In this document: in pieces, positions 23,739-24,000 of the stretch | How positions within the stretch are numbered: position 1 is the first letter of the stretch | Layout of the letters: each line of letters opens with the position of its first letter | Assembly (NCBI GenBank): GCA_043777815.1 | Contig: JAYWHH010000004.1 | Location: 6,492-30,491 of the forward strand | DNA from: Rickettsiaceae bacterium | GTDB lineage: Bacteria; Pseudomonadota; Alphaproteobacteria; Rickettsiales; Rickettsiaceae | Reading direction: 5' to 3' | DNA length: 24,000 bases | Program-made: the position numbers and the translations under genes | Notes under the pieces: generated by a model | The model's input: only the letters and a program-made list of their open reading frames with translations | The model's database searches: none | Told to the model about the DNA's origin: nothing

Positions 23739-24000
23739 GTGACTTTCATAGATGAAACTTTAAAGATTGGAGTTTCTTGTAGGTTAGAATTTACTGTTCA
23801 GCACCCTAAATTCCTCACAAAATATAAGATTATATTCTATAGTTGCGATGATGCGGAAAATAGCTTTCTAATAAGACAGCTTTTTGATATGCCTTTTGGA
23901 ATCAAGAAGATCGAAATAGAAGATAACAAGTTGATTTTAAATTTAGAGAATTCATTAAATCATCATTTAGATATATTGAAAAAAGAAGTTGTGGTTTTAA
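23739..24000 (+). CDS. Nfu/NifU-like Fe-S scaffold protein, N-terminal (Nfu_N-like) domain; 3' end beyond the window
   Basis: Not in the ORF track because it runs off the window. A GTG start gives (M)TFIDETLKIGVSCRLEF...SFLIRQLFDMPFGIKKIEIEDNKLILN. This resembles MFIQTE...SPLA..LF.i.GV..Vf.g.dFiTV of Nfu N-terminal domains, but the TPNP block is not conserved. Confidence 0.4.
   Translation, partial: MTFIDETLKIGVSCRLEFTVQHPKFLTKYKIIFYSCDDAENSFLIRQLFDMPFGIKKIEIEDNKLILNLENSLNHHLDILKKEVVVL

Noticed and set aside
1-24000. Alternative genetic code (UGA as Trp), as in some reduced genomes
   Set aside because: Conserved Trp positions use TGG (for example DIWEHAYY in sodB, PWD in frr). All conserved genes are full length under the standard code, with TGA, TAA and TAG acting as stops.

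Overview
The window is visibly AT-rich (roughly 30% G+C by eye, not computed), compact, and read with the standard genetic code. It looks like a reduced alphaproteobacterial genome of the obligate-intracellular Rickettsiales/Holosporales type; I cannot name the species. Supporting features are two F0 b-type ATP synthase subunits, hflKC, scattered ISC Fe-S genes, a stand-alone tRNA-Ile(GAT), and many low-complexity insertions in conserved proteins. After a partial plus-strand ubiH-like gene, every gene from 1614 to 15089 is on the minus strand: NagZ-like GH3, adk, an ABC-2 ATPase, rpsT, grxD, an hscB-like gene, frr, an MFS pump, atpF, atpF', a 461-aa orphan, hflC and hflK. Every gene from 15155 onward is on the plus strand: iscS, an MsbA-like ABC exporter, four phage-head genes, sodB, tRNA-Arg, tRNA-Ile and a partial Nfu-like gene. 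Three things stand out. (1) A head-only HK97/GTA-like module at 18634-22418 carries prohead protease, major capsid and two candidate head-completion proteins. It sits between housekeeping genes with no terminase, portal, tail, lysis or integrase genes in view, and its composition matches the host, so it may be a domesticated capsid system. (2) At least six minus-strand genes have the last 15-120 bp of the gene, stop codon included, duplicated just downstream. Several in-frame tandem duplications also occur inside genes. (3) A Cys-rich 461-aa orphan occupies the position where atpB/atpE would be expected. Other oddities are an HscB-like protein with no HPD motif and a NagZ-like protein with substituted catalytic motifs. 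All family assignments come from reading motifs by eye and need HMM or structure confirmation.
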